Below, one piece after another: positions 32,996 to 47,195 of a stretch of 64,000 nt of DNA. The notes beneath the pieces were generated by a model. It had not been told where the DNA came from and searched no databases. It saw nothing but the letters and a program-made list of their open reading frames with translations. Within the stretch, counting starts at the first letter, position 1, and each line of letters opens with the position of its first letter. The DNA is from Schizochytrium sp. TIO01 (Eukaryota > Protista > Bigyra: Labyrinthulomycetes), in the NCBI GenBank assembly GCA_004764695.1, contig SMSO01000036.1, positions 496,001 through 560,000 of the forward strand, given 5' to 3'. The translations under genes were made by a program, and so were the position numbers.

Positions 32996-35900
32996 CTAGT
33001 ACTACCTATGGGTACTTAATAAAAATTAAAGAAAGTTGAAATTGAAAAATAAAATCAATCCTCTTACAAAAAACTGACTTTACCAAACTTGCTCCGTGGG
33101 TTGATCTAAAGAAAGTAAGTTAGGTACTTATACTTTAGACTAGGTAAGTACTGTGTGAAGTATCCATAGCTTGAGAAGTTTTCAATCAATCCCTTGGGAT
33201 CTTTGAAGTGCCTTCGCTGGTGAAAGTCGCTGTTTTATTGCGAATAAAAATCTTTTCGAGAGATGGATCAGTGCTAGGTACTCTACCTAGCTAAGAGCTA
33301 GGAATGTCTTGAGTTGCTTGTGGAGCTGCTCCTACTCCAGGCCTCCACCCATATGAACTTGTGCTTATGCCAATGCCTGCCTGCCTAGGTGGACATTTAG
33401 TCGGTCTTCCAGGTGAGGAAGAGTTCGAGCTGGTCAAGTGCTGTGTCTCACTTTGATTTCGAGAGTCCTCATCCTTGGAGATACGAATAATAAGCATAAT
33501 ACAAAATCCTTCGCCTCGCCATCGCCAAGCAACCTTCTTCTCACGGACTCCGCGGTATGACTGTCTGCTCCATTTCAATGCATGCACACAGCCCGGCAAA
33601 GCTTGTGAACCCCTTATTAAATCTGATAAACCAATTTTAGGAAAATATCACTTGAGACATTATTACCCTCATAACCTATCGCAAGATAGTTATATCCGTC
33701 TCCCTTGCAGTTCATCATAGAAAAGAAAGCTCTCGCTTCGAGACAACTTCTCTAAGTGAACGACATTCATTAGCGTTGGTCGCTGCAGCACCCTGGCCAA
33801 GTTCTTTCTTGTGCCCTCACAATAACATCGAGCACCTTTCTCTTTGGAGCCGCAGTGATCGTCTTCAACTGAGTTGCAACGACTGGTAGATACTACTCAA
33901 CGTAGAACCGGCTAAGGCTCCGCAGCTGTAGGTAATCGCACGGCTTCTGTGGGATCACGAAAGACTCCACAGAAGTTCGTTCTGAAATAGGCCTAAACTC
34001 CTCGGCCGCGAGACCTCCCTTGCGTTTGCCGAGGCTGCCGAGACCCGGCCTCCAAAGCCTGCACTGCACCATGGGCACAGCGAGATTCTTGAGTAAACCC
34101 CAAGAGATGCCATGGCGGTGCTGCGTCTTTATCGCGGAGGATGATTGATTGATCTGATCGATCAATCGATCAATCGATCGATCGATCGGCAGTAGGTATA
34201 TCATATCCTATATATATGCGAAAGCGCCCAGATTCGCTGCAACCCAAACTCGTTGAGCGATTCCGATGCCGGAAGTACTCGGCCAATGCCCGCGGACTCC
34301 AGTCCTGTCCTCGCGCAGTTCATCAGACTGGCGTTGCTCTTTTGGTCTTGGGTCTCGTCGGACAAATGCCTCGTGGCAGAGAGAAGCAGCAGTCATTGGT
34401 GCCAGCTAGCTCGCGCTCGAGACGCTCTTTGGGGCAGAGGCAGCAGCAGTGTAGTCGAGAAAACGAGATGGAGGTGGAGCAAAATCTTGAAGCAGAAAAG
34501 TACGAAGTGGGCTGCGAAATGCATCCATTCTTGCAACGCATGTTCCGGCCAAAATACCTAGTTTAGTTGTATATCATGCGACTACCATGTGTTTTGATTT
34601 ATTGCTGTGAGACCTGCAAGAGGTTGTTTCGAGGTCGTGACGCTCAATAGCACCGTCTCCGGCCGTGCGCGTTAGAAGAAGTTCACCTCACCTCTTGCGT
34701 CATGCTGCTATCGAATGTAACGGGATATTGGGCTGAGAAAGGTTCTTCTTCTTTCTCCCATTGCGACTATTTGCCAAGCCTGGAGTGAACCTCATAGCTC
34801 GCATCACATTGCTTGCATCTGACTGCTCGATTCATGGTCTTTGCTCAACCTTTAGATACCCTCTCACCTATCCATAAAGTTCCGAGAGGCTTGTCGCATT
34901 GCTTTGCACAACAAATTTAATCTTGACAGCGCGTGCGCAGAGGAGCGGTTGGAGCGTCGAATACACCCTCGCCTCGTCTTGACCTATGTATGTATGTATA
35001 TATACAAACTCTCTGTTCAAGACGAAGTGGATGGTGCAAAGATCAAAAGAGGAGGGGCTTGAGGGAAAAAACATGCTTGCCGTTTCCCTCTAGAGGTAGG
35101 AGCAGAGGCCCATGCAGACGGATGGAGATGGATAAATAGTTAGATAGATGCCTGTCTTTCATGATCATGATCTGCGAAGGTATGGCGCGTAACACTTTGG
35201 CTGCACAATGAAATCTGTGGATGGTAGCAAAGGGTTCCCCTTCCTTTCGTGGGGACTATTCACCTCATTCCAGCAAGAGCTGATTAGAGATTTTATAGGT
35301 CGAAGAAAGCAAACTGCATGGATGAGCCGATCGGTGGTGGTCAAGGTGTCTTTCATTGTCAGCACCGCAGTTGGCCACCTCCTCTGCAGCTAGTTGTCTC
35401 TTTGTTCCTGTGGCCACCAATGCTGAACAAGCTTACAAACCTTCACAGGCTGAATACAGAGAGAAGGAAACTAACCATCATCAAGACAGGTAAAGTAGCA
35501 AGCTGCCTTTCGGGGGCTACGGCCACTTATCGATTTAAAGCTGACACATACTCAGATGCGCTACACTGCTGGAATTATACAAGGTGTATCGTCAGTTTGA
35601 TGTAGTTAGCATATCAACAGCTGCTGGAAATGGACCACACCTTGTGGAATAAAACAATTGAGATAAATAGGATCTAGTAGCACTGCATAGGTGCCACCGT
35701 TGCTCTAGCTAGGTGTTCTGAGCAAAGCAAAGCAACTGAAAAGCTGTCATATGCGATATAGGCTCTTGTTGTTTCTATTTGATAAGTAATTACTCTCTTA
35801 TAAACTATGAAGTAAGCAAGCAAAAGAGTATCTGCATATCGAGCAGCCTGTAGACTTTGGGCGATGACTGAGAAGCTTAGTCTTCCTCAGGATTCTGGGG

Positions 35901-37010
35901 CTGCTGATAAGCACTTGCTTGTCTCTGGGAACGCTTCTTTTAAGAAGTCGTTCGAGAATAGGTCTCCCCTATGCTGTTTGCTGGGAGCAGCCACCAAAGC
36001 CTTTCTGCTGGTGGTGGAAAGTGTACACGAGAATATGGAACTTATATACTTTTATGTTTATAATTTATTTGGTTTAACTTGTCTCATTTCAAAGGAGTTT
36101 TGCTTTTCGAATAAAAGTTTTACTTTATTACATAGGTTATATATAGTTTGATTGAAAAAGATGAAGAAGAAGTAATAAAATTAACACTATTAAAAAGATA
36201 ATGATACTGATAAAGTTTTAAAATTAAAACAAACAAAAATATCGTCATAATTCCAATTTATAATTAAACAAACTTGGTTACAATTATATGCAGGTTCCCC
36301 TATTTGAAATAAAATTTTAAGTTCAAGTTAAAATTGAGATTAAAATTAAATTGAGGGCGCATAAAAAGAGAGAGATGTTTTCTAATATTTAGATTAAGAA
36401 TATTTAGAGGAAAGAAAGAAACGGGTATTAGTAGTAGAAGGAAACGTGATGGCGTTTACGTCGAACTGACAATTCATCCTTGATCTACTAGTTCAAAATG
36501 TGATTCTTTCAACGATGTGGTGCAGCAACAAATGATGGATACAAACAATTCGTCTCATTTCATCTATTCCTTGATGTTTACTTTCGCTTCCCATTCAACA
36601 TTAGTTATTTAATTAAAATTGATTATACTTATTCAAATAAATAAATAAATAAAACATTTTTAAAACAACAACTTGAATATTAAAAAGAGAGTATTCAAGT
36701 TACATTACTTAAGTAAACAAAGGTAATATTATTTATAAAAATAAAAATAAAAATATTAATCGAAGCATGCTGACCCTAATCAAGAGAATAACTTGCCCTA
36801 AAGCACACTATGCAGATTCTATCAGGTAGCCATCAACATCAAAGTTTGAGTGCTCTTGGCAGATAATGTACCGCCCTAAACCAACAAGTCCAGGTCCGTC
36901 TGAAATAAGGAAAAGGCCAACTTTGCAAAATAGTAAAAGCAACAGTTTTCTATTGATGGAGTTCCTTCCAAGTTCCAATCAAAAGGACTAAACTGGTTGA
37001 ACTGGGAAAG

Positions 37011-37202
37011 ATGATGGACAGGTCAACGCTCATTCTTCATGAAGATTATACTATGATCAGGAGAGCGCATCTGCCACATATCAACATCAATGAACTGGAA
37101 TTACAAGCAAAGCCCCGGTTGTCCCATGTCCCATCCATTTATCAGCATAACCGCCACGTTTCCAAGAATATACAAGTTCAACCGTGGTACTTAATCATCT
37201 AG
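37011..37202 (+). mobile_element. Possible DIRS/Ngaro (tyrosine-recombinase retrotransposon) RNase H relic
   Basis: HININELELQA resembles the HIN.LEL.A motif of DIRS-type RNase H; no other motif is intact. Confidence 0.35.
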
Positions 37203-37806
37203 CCTTTTGATGAACTTGTGTGCTGCTGGTTTACGACGCATCGTAGGACTGGGAAGATTGGTAGTGCACATCGCAAGCTCGCAAACCTCCGCGTCGGTCT
37301 TCATCCCAAGAGCATAACGGGGTTTCGTCCCTCATGATTATTCCTTCATCCATCTTTCTATCAAATCAAAAAGACACTCTGGTCGCTGAAGTCGTACAGG
37401 CTCGCGCGCAGGCTAGTCTGCATCGCAGTAGTGCTCATGCATAGCCGGCCGGCCATGGAGTCGCCACAGCTCGCGAAGCTGGGGCCTAAAACGGGCCTTG
37501 TCATAAGATCGAAGAGCCTAGTGTCTCGAACGCATCAAGCAACGAACCAAAGAAGTCTTAGAGTAAGGTGGAGCTGCGAGTGAGTGGGTCTTCGCCAGTG
37601 CGCTGCGAAAGTCCTTAGGGTCCATCAAACTCTGAGTCAGTCAGTCAGTCAGTCAGTCAGTCAGTCAGATGGGTGAATGAAGGCATGATGAGTGCATTGC
37701 TGGTGGCCATCGCCAGCCATTGATCTCGCGTACTCGATTTCAGGTCCAAACAAGAGCCGCGGTTTGACTCACACGATTTCATTTTCTAAGTCCTGGCCAG
37801 ACCAAG

Positions 37807-37807
37807 C

Positions 37808-37860
<53 letters not shown>
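37807..37860. repeat. (AAC)n microsatellite
   Basis: Direct reading. Confidence 0.95.
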
Positions 37861-40800
37861 GAGCAACAGCAAGCTGATCTGCTTGTGATTCCTCTCTACA
37901 TTCCCGCGCCCTCTTTCGTCCTCATGATCGCTTTGTCTGGCATCTACCTACGAGAGCTCGCAAACTGATCTCAAACTACTGGACACCTTGGGCTTCATCA
38001 ATCGCACGCTCAAGTAGCACTTGCACCTGTGAGACATCCGCTGCTTCCTTCATGGCGACCTACCTGTTCGCTCGAGCTCCCGTTGCGAAATGTCGTTTCT
38101 ACTGCACGGATGCCTCGAGCTAGCGCTGCTGGAGATTCCTTCCGCTGTACTGGTCTCTCTGTCAGAGCGAGGTCTCTGATCCTGTCCAATCTTGTGCAAT
38201 CCGTCTCTCAGGCTCCGGTTCGTAACGGTCTTTTTCTAATTTGGTAGAAAAGTACAAAATGAGACGCCGCCTTTGAGTTGCGCCGCCTTAGTTTGGGGGC
38301 CTGGTCGCCTCTTGAGCTCGAAAGCAAGTGCGCAGGTGGGGACGCGGAGGGGTCGGCGGGATTCGCAGCGCTGGGCGAGGGATCCTCGAGGGGCTCGCAC
38401 CCTAAACATCACATTGGCGGCCGCCGCAGCCTGGTGCGGCGCGATTCCTGGCGACGTGTACGTGTGTGTCTGTGGCCTGTTCCTCATTTTTAGGTTTCTC
38501 GAACTTGATCATTACGTACTTTTTATTTTTATTTTTAAATTTATAACAAGAATCGAGTGAAGAAAAAGAAGAGACAAGGTAAGCGAAGAGCCAGGTCAAG
38601 ATAGAAGCCAACTGCACTCATTCATTCATTCATTCATCCATGGTTCGCTACCTAGCGTTTGATTTTATAAAATCCGAGGAAACAAATCAGTTTGGCCACG
38701 AGTTTACTTCGCTTGTTACCGTGTCTTTTTGGGCTTGTTTTGCTGGCGTTGCTGGCTGATCTGCCGCTCCTGCGCGCACACGTACACATACAGACATACA
38801 GACATACAGACATACAGACATACAGACATACAGACAGACATACACACGTGCGCGCCTACTTAAAGTAGAGAGAGCCACTTATTGCACGCAATCATGGACC
38901 GGAGGTGGAAGGAACTTGGAGCCCTTCGAGGCCACCGTTGATCGTTGGCGAAGGTGGAATTTCGGGCCATGCTCATCAGGCCGGGCAAAGCTGCTTGCTC
39001 AGCAGCAGCAGCAGCAGCAGCTGCAAGTGGACGGCGATGGCGCCAGCAGGAGGCACCTTCTATACGCAGGCAGTCAGGCAGCCAGTCAGTCAGTCAGTCA
39101 GTCATTTGTACTGCAGATAGCCTAAGTCGCAAGGTGGGTGGGTGCAGGACAGAGGTGCCGCGTGCCAGCCACTGCATTTCTTGGCCTTTGTTTTGAGGTG
39201 GAGGGAGCTGCTGTGGGTAAGAGGACCTCCCTCCCTCCCTCCCTCCTGTGTGCTTAAAAACGGTGGTGCCGTGCCTTTCTTTGGGCACTCTTTTGTGTCT
39301 TTCGGGGATCGCAGCTTCGATCACGTACAGGAGGGCGCACTGGAGTGGTATGGTGTCTGTCATTGAGGCCAGGGGCCTTCTCTCTCTCTCTGCACGAAGT
39401 CGAACGCTCAAGCGCGGCAACTCCAGAAATCGAGGCGTTTACGAACCAAGCTCGCTCCGCACTTGCCTTGCTTGCACTGATGGCCTTTCGTTCTTCGCCT
39501 TGCGTGAGAGGTCCTCGGCGTCCTCGGCGATTTTGGACTGATTGATTGACGTGAAAGACGCGCGTTTGAAAGACCTCGGAGTGAGTCATGCGAACTTGGT
39601 CAAGTGAAAGACAGGCTCTCGCTCAGGCGAGAAAGCTGCTTGCGTACCTAGGCTAAGCAGGTTGGTTGGATAGACGCTCGCTGTCCTTGAAACGCGAGTC
39701 TCCTGGAGTTCTATTTCTCCAGCATCACCACTTACTTACTTGCAGCATGGTTGAGGGATATGGAAACCCCTTTCACCGGCACCACTCTTTTCATATGTAG
39801 AATCGTAATCTAGAAGCAAACTGTTCTTCGAGTACAGGTTACTTAATTACGGAAAGGTGAAAGGCCAAGATCCGAAAGCGGTCAAACAAACAGTTCAATA
39901 AGCTATTATGCACCGTGATAGATCTCTGAGCAAAAAAGCTGGTGTTCAGTTTCAGCTGGTTTATTACCCTGAAGGGGAGAATTTGTTCCTTCTTTAGCGA
40001 ACCGAAGAAAGGTTAGAAGTGGCTTTCTTCTTCGTCCTATTTGGAATGCTTTGGTAGTTTTTGAAATGAAAATCTTGTTTCATTTTGAAGCATCTTGGCA
40101 ACCCACTTAGGTCTTTTCAATTTTGATTCAAATTTAAATTCAATCATGCTGTACTTTCTGGTGCACTTTCTTTGGAGAAAGTAAAACTCTCAAATTTATA
40201 TTTATACGTCTATACATTTGAAAATGAAATCATAAAGAAAAAAAAAAAAAAGAGTAAAATGAATAGTTTTTTTTTTTTTTAATGAAATTAAAATATTTAT
40301 TTATAGTAATTTTAAAATGAAATAGCTTTGATTATGTAATTTTAAAAAAATATTTTTTAAAACAATATTTTAGATATCAATGGATCTTTAAAACATCATT
40401 CTCAAAAAGACAACCAAACAATATAAACTAATTTTTTAAAATCAAGTATTTATTTATCCAATATATATATATCAAGTTGTAAAGTAGAAACATGGAATGG
40501 TTTTGGTACACTATTATCATCAGCTTCCACAACACTATTCCAGCGCTAAATAAAGCTAACTAGTTCGTTTCCACTGCTCAACATTACCGCCGCCAGTTGC
40601 TCCGATTCCGTAAGCGCCTTTCGTTTTCTTCTCCTTCTCCTTCTCCTTCTTTTTTCTGTCTGTTTCTGCACCTGCGGACAATTCCGCCACCAACGGGTTG
40701 TGCACTCTAGACAGTGACCGTTACGCTCTTCACTTCGTCAGATGTGATGTAAATCTAGCGGCTCCTCTCTCTCTCTCCAAGGCGAGGCAGCGATCTCCCG

Positions 40801-42048
40801 AGAGCGATTCCAATCACGTCAGCGACTGCGCAGACGGTGTTGTCTTTCGGGCGATCTCGCTCGAGCACCAAGTTCGCGCGCTCGTTTGCTTGTTTAGCAG
40901 CCTCACAATACGCTAACTGTTCATCGATTTGATACCAGGATGGGCCGCCCCTCTGGCGCATGCTTTCAAGGGAGAAAGAATAAATAAATACACAGAAGGG
41001 ACAGAAAGAAAGGGCGAGAAGGAAGAAACGAAAACGAGGGAGCCAATCAAATTCCGTCACGCCCCACAACAACACAATCACTCACTCACTCACTCGCTCG
41101 GGCGTTTGGCACGTAACAGCTGCGGCTTAGAGGCGAACTTGAGACGACGTTAGGTACTCAAGACGCGAACATGTCAATATGGTGTCGTTTCTTGAGGCTG
41201 CCATCAAAAGTAAAAACTCGTCAAACCTCTTGCTTATTATTTTAATACTTTTTTCTCCTAAAACTAAAATCTAAAAAGTAAGAATAATACAATCGTACGA
41301 CAGTATGTTGTATTTTCTCAGATTTTTTGATTCTTTCATTTTAATTAAAAATAAATAAGGAAACGAAGTGGCAGGTACTCGAAAAGAAAATAATTTGCAC
41401 ACTCGCTCATTCGGGTTTGAATACCTAGAAATACACTAGGTGGGGCCGGCAGACGGTTTGTTAGGAGAGAGGAGTTCACTCTTGTCCCATGCCTTTCCGG
41501 AGCCCTTGGGCTATAAAATAAACGAGCTTTTGGTTATGAGTACTGCTCTAGTTCCAATAGGTCTCAGAGCACAACCATTCCCTCTCGTTTTCTATTCCTT
41601 TTCGTGCTTTGATCTCTCAATGTCAAACAAACAAACAAACAAAACAAAACCAAACAAAGCAAAGCAAAACAAAACAAAACAAAACTAAACAAAACAAAAC
41701 AAAACAAACCAACCAAAATATACAAAACTAACCAACCCATTAAAACCCATCCGATCTCCGCTCCAACCTGAAACAAAATGAAATCACCAAACGCAATCAA
41801 CTTACAACAAACAACAACAAGCAATAAACCAAAGAAAAGCGATCATCTATTCCATTCACCCTCTCCTCCCCCTCTCCGCAAAAAATAAATGAAACAAACG
41901 AGCTCCTTCAAACAAAGACGACGGGACCAGGGCGAGGCGTCCCCGGGCGTCCTTGGCCTTTCTTCCTTTCTTTATCCTTTCCTTTGTTTCTTCCTTTCTT
42001 TGTTTCTTCCATTCTTTGTTTCTTCGTCTCTTGCTCTCCCATATCATC

Positions 42049-42100
42049 ATTCATTCATTCATTCATTCATTCATTCATTCATTCATTCATTCATTCATTC
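42049..42100. repeat. (TTCA)n microsatellite
   Basis: Direct reading. Confidence 0.95.
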
Positions 42101-43893
42101 GTACGATCGATCGAATAAATCGAATCAATCAACCACAGTCCTTTCCATGATTGATTGATTGATTGAGTGAGTGAGTGCGTGAGTGGCGTCGTCTCCTGTC
42201 GCCAATTCTCCTGTCCGCTTGACTGACCGCCCCATCGGCGACTAACTAACTGATCAATCTTCAACTGCCTTCGCGCTCTCTGCACAATTTTGCTTTCGCT
42301 TTTGCCTTTGCTTGCGGGAATAACGAAGACGAAGACGAAGACGAAGACGAAGACGAAGACCTCCTCCGCTTCAATCATTCATTTCATGGCTCTCCGGAGT
42401 TCGCCACCTCCACCAGTCCGCTCAGATGAGTGAGTGCACAGCCCAGAGCGAGTGGGGAATCTATCGAGTCACTCACTCACTCACTCTTTGAACTTATTTG
42501 GCTCTTCATGAGCAACTTCATGAGCAACTTTATGAGCAACTTTATGAGCAACTTCATGAGCAACTTTCACATACTTAGTATCTCCTGCTCTTGCGGCCAG
42601 TTCAGCTGGGGCGGAGGTGCTAAGCGCGGCTACCTTAAACGACTAGCAGTGCTCGAGGAAGCACCTCGCTTTCCATCAATTCGAGAACTTGAACCTCCTC
42701 GTCTTCGACCTCTGCGCTCTGCACAGCTGGCTGGGTACGCACGTAGCTATCCATCGCTGCCAACGCGTCACCTCGCACGCCTTCCATCCACCGACTTTCT
42801 CCTCCTCCTCCTCCTCCTTCTTCGTCTTCGTCTTCATCCACGCCACCCGTGGAGGCAACGACGTGCGCCGTCTCGAGTTCCCACCCCTATCTTTGCTAAA
42901 GTTCCCATCCCTCGCATACCTGGCATCGATGACTCTGCCATTCATGCATGCATGAGGGAATGCACTCGAGGCCAGCGGACTCCCTCTCGCCACGCGAGTT
43001 GGCCTCGCCCTGGCCCCTCCAACGAAGAGGAGCGCTCCTCTTCGTTCGTTGATTTGTCTGTCTGTTTGTTTGTTTGTCTGTTTATTTGTTGGTTGTTGTT
43101 GTTGCTTTCTTTCTTTCTTCTGCGTGCTCTTTCCTGCGACCATCCTCCTCTGTCCTCTTCGTCTGTGACAATTGCCGCAATTCGTGCGCGTGACAATCTC
43201 CCCAGGATGTCACACAGACTGAGTAGAAGGGAGAGGGATAGGAAGGTCGGCGCGGAGACGGAGAGGCGTCCGTCCGGACGTTCGCAGGATACGGAGAAAG
43301 AGGAGAACTTGGGCGGAAGTGGTCGCTTGATTGGCAAGGCGCAGAGGGGTGGATGGATGGATGGATGGGCATTGGAGGAGGCGCAGAGCGAGGGACGCAG
43401 GAAGGACCCGCTCATCGAGGAGTTAGTTATGCGGAGGTTATGTATGGCTCCTTCGTCCTTCGATGCTTTCGACATCATTCATTTATTCATTTATTCATTT
43501 ATTCATTTATTCTTCATTTTATTTAGTTTTTGTTCGTGTGCGCATCGATTTTTCATTTATTCATTTCCTCTTCGAGCTTCGATCATCCAAGGATTGATTA
43601 TTCATTGGTGGATTCATTGGTGGATTCATTGGCTGGCTGGCTGCCTGCCGCCGCTGACTCCGGATGGGTGCCTTGGAACGAGGCTCTGTCTGCACTGGTC
43701 TTAGGCTGTCGCGAACAGGAGGAATCTTTTCCATTGCTGCTTCCGGGCATTGCCCTTTTTGGACGAAAGGGCAATGGAGGAAAGGGGGGAAAACACGAGA
43801 AACGAAGAAGGAATGAATCGTAAGTAAATTGTAATTTTCTCTACGTAGAAGAGCGGAGAGAACCAAGATCGTCTCCGTCCTTTCAGACGGTGA

Positions 43894-43988
43894 ATGTATG
43901 TATGTATGTATGTATGTATGTATGTATGTATGTATGTATGTATGTATGTATGTATGTATGTATGTATGTATGTATGTATGTATGTATG
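43894..43988. repeat. (ATGT)n microsatellite
   Basis: Direct reading. Confidence 0.97.
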
Positions 43989-46900
43989 CATCATCTTTCT
44001 TGTGCTGTCATTTCGCGCAGATGGAGTACACGCTCTCTTTTTGTGTAATTATTTGCTTATTCATTTCTCAGGACTTCATTGGTACCGCCATTGAAAGATT
44101 GCGAGTCTTTCGATAACTCGTTGGTCTCACGTTTCTGTCTTTGATTGCGCTGAGGGTGAGAACAGAGAGATCTTGAAAGAGTAAGTGGAAATGAAAGAGA
44201 CGAAACAAATTTAAACTATTGCCCCAAAAGGGTGGAAATGAAGAGCAAGAGTGGGAAAGAAGGTTTTGTAACAATAGCATAATGTTGTTGTTTTAGAGTC
44301 TTTATTATAATTTTAAATTGAAGAACAAAATTATTGAAGAGCTATTTAATTAAAACGTTTTTGCTCCTTTTTAAAGTAACATATATTCTGATGACGGTGG
44401 GTGACTACTAGTCGTACGATGAAAAGGATAAGGGTGCAGTTTATTTGAGAACGACAATGCAATGTAATTGGTCGCAATGGTACAGTACCACTTTCTGAAA
44501 GCTCGCAATTCGCACGCAATAGGCAATTATTGCAGGGTTTAGAGCAAACGACAAGTTGCAAAGTGCTTGCATACACACAAACTTTCAAGGGCGCGATTCT
44601 ATTATACGTAGCCGGCGAGAATTATTTCCTCGAACCTCTGGATTACACAGAACGGCTCACGTGCATGCGCCTGCTGCCCAAAAAGTAGTAGCAGAAGAAG
44701 AAGAAGAAGCTGAAAGAAGGGAAGCGACCCACTAAACTTACCGATTGGCAGCAGTTTCAGATACCTACGTCCGTCTTAACGTATAAGGTATCATGTGTTA
44801 TATTCAAGAGAGAGAGGACACCACATCTCGACGAGTCCCTTTCTTCAACTTGAAGGACTTTGCACCAGGAGCTCCTTACTGCTTGTGCGGTCTATTGTAA
44901 GACTCAGAGGCTGGTGCTCCCTCTGAAATGGCGGTTGTTCTTCTACGTGCGAATGAATATATCGAAATCCTACTTGTAAGTTTCCTTCAGCCACTCAAAT
45001 GACAGATTGCTCGCGAAACGATGGATCGTTGGTCTGAAAGACCATGTCCACTGAGGATATCTCGCGGTTTCATAGATGTGGCATTTAAGACTCATCTTCC
45101 AAAGGCCAAGGTTCCCTGAAGAAAGTTTGCCGTCCCTAATTCAGATTTTTGCATTGCATTTCTCGCCTTATCCATGATCGCTCCAAGCACCTCAGATTTA
45201 AAACTACATCAAACAAGCAGCAAGCGAGCTCCAAGCCTTTAGGACCCACTCCGGCTCTCCTTAGCTGCGAACTTAAGTCTCTAACGTTCGAGACGGCTCC
45301 AAGATATGATATCATGATGCTCCTCTCAATCTCCATGCGCTACAGGTGAACTTCGAATGATGCTACCACTCAATCAATCAATACCTACACAACAGGTGGT
45401 AAATAAAAGTACCGGACTTGGCTGTCAGGTCTCTTTGTAGCCTTCGCAAAGCAGGCACTTAGAGAGCAGCACTGGTTGCCGCCACTGCGGTATGTGTTGG
45501 TCTGCACTGTACGTTGATCGTCAGTCTGTCACTCTCTGAATGCAGAGATTACCATGAGTTTATTATGAAAAGACGCTTTTAAACCATGCAGAGCACACTC
45601 CTTTTCTCGAACCTCAACTTAATCATTATTTGATATTTTAAAATAAATAAAATAAACTAAAATCAAATCAGCAAGGAAACAAGGTGAATTTTTAAAACTA
45701 CCTCTTTTAAACTTTTGAAAAATTAATTATCATTTTGAAATATTTAAAACAAATATTTTTAATTTAATGTACTGCCATTTATTTTATTAATAAAAGAGCT
45801 TTAAAATACTTGTTGAGGTGGCCAGGTTACAAAAGGGAAAAGAAAAAGGAAATGTGTATATATATAACTTAAAAAGGAAAAACAATTTTAAAATACATAA
45901 AAAGAAAATATCTTAAATGGAACCAAGGTTTTGAGTGCTCCCTATAATTATATAAGATAAGTTGAGGTAGTTTTTGCAACGCCTGCATTCTTTTAAGTTT
46001 CGCGTATTGAGCAGTTCAAAGGACCGAACCCCACATGAAGATGTGGGAAATACAAAGAAGCAGACAGCTTTGGGTGGCTAGGAGTTGCGGGGCCCCAAGC
46101 TAGTCTCCTCTATAGTAATTCCTATGAGCCTCTTGTAGGCATGTGTTAGAATTAGTATATAAGCTGTCGTAGCCGAATAAAACTCTGTTTAGCGAGTAGC
46201 ATTGACGCTACATAGTAAAGTATTAAAATGCAACGCTCCTCTTTTCACCAGCCTTCAATTCAAACGTGATGAGATCACGTTTCCTGAGAGGAACAGAATG
46301 GTTCAAATAAACTGTATAGGACACAGTTTATAAAGTTTCTTGATCTTCATGGCCTATAATATGTCTCCGGGATGGGAGAACCAGCCTATCCGCATCGGTG
46401 TCTTTCGAAAATTACTTTACCCATATGATAGTCAATATTGATGATGTCGAAGCGTTGATGTCACTACTATTCTTGAATCATGTTGATTGGAACGAAAACT
46501 ATACCTGACAACAGAGTGCTGTCAGGAATTTATTAAGTAGACACCACTTTTTCTTCTCCCTAGTAAATACCTGGCTTTCGTTCACATCAGCTACAAACAC
46601 AGAAGAGAGGAAGAGGAACAAACAAAAAACTAAAGACAGAATAAACTTCTCTCTCTAGGGAGGTTATTGATAGATTTGAAGACTCAACGATGAGTGCAGG
46701 GTCTATTCAGTAGCTTCTACAAGCCTCGTATTGTTCTTACTAAATATGGATATCCTGGATCGCCACTTTCACTCTTGGCTGGAGCAACTTCTGGTTCATT
46801 ACTTCCGAGCAGCAATATTGTAACTATGGTAGTGTCGCCTCAAGTACTCAAAACGAGCTCAGAATTCAACAGTATGGATCATTCGGAAGCTGGAAAGCAG

Positions 46901-47009
46901 GCCTTCAAAAGATCGAAACAAGCTTCGTCGCCAAGTCCAGTCTTTTTCCAACTCGAATGAGACGTGCATGATTCTTAATAGTCTACCGCTACAATATTGC
47001 CCCAGGAAC

Positions 47010-47195
47010 AATCACCAAGCTCATAAGGTACATTTAACCTTCTCTTTGATCAAAGCTATCTCGACGCGTGCTCCATGTCTTCGCTTTTGCAAGCTCCGTC
47101 GAATCCATCCATATAATGGGTGAATGGCACCATCTGTAATTCATGGGCTTCGAGTATCAAAACCTGAGATGCCATGAATTCTACAAAATCCATCG
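47010..47195 (-). mobile_element. Possible DIRS/Ngaro RT catalytic-region relic
   Basis: FTHYMDGFDGAC...YELG resembles HY(L/M)DDF.G...LG, with in-frame stops. Confidence 0.25.

Noticed and set aside
42430-43704. 424-aa ORF
   Set aside because: Non-ATG start; runs through microsatellites (MSNF, CLFV, IHLF, IHWW repeats) with no domain.
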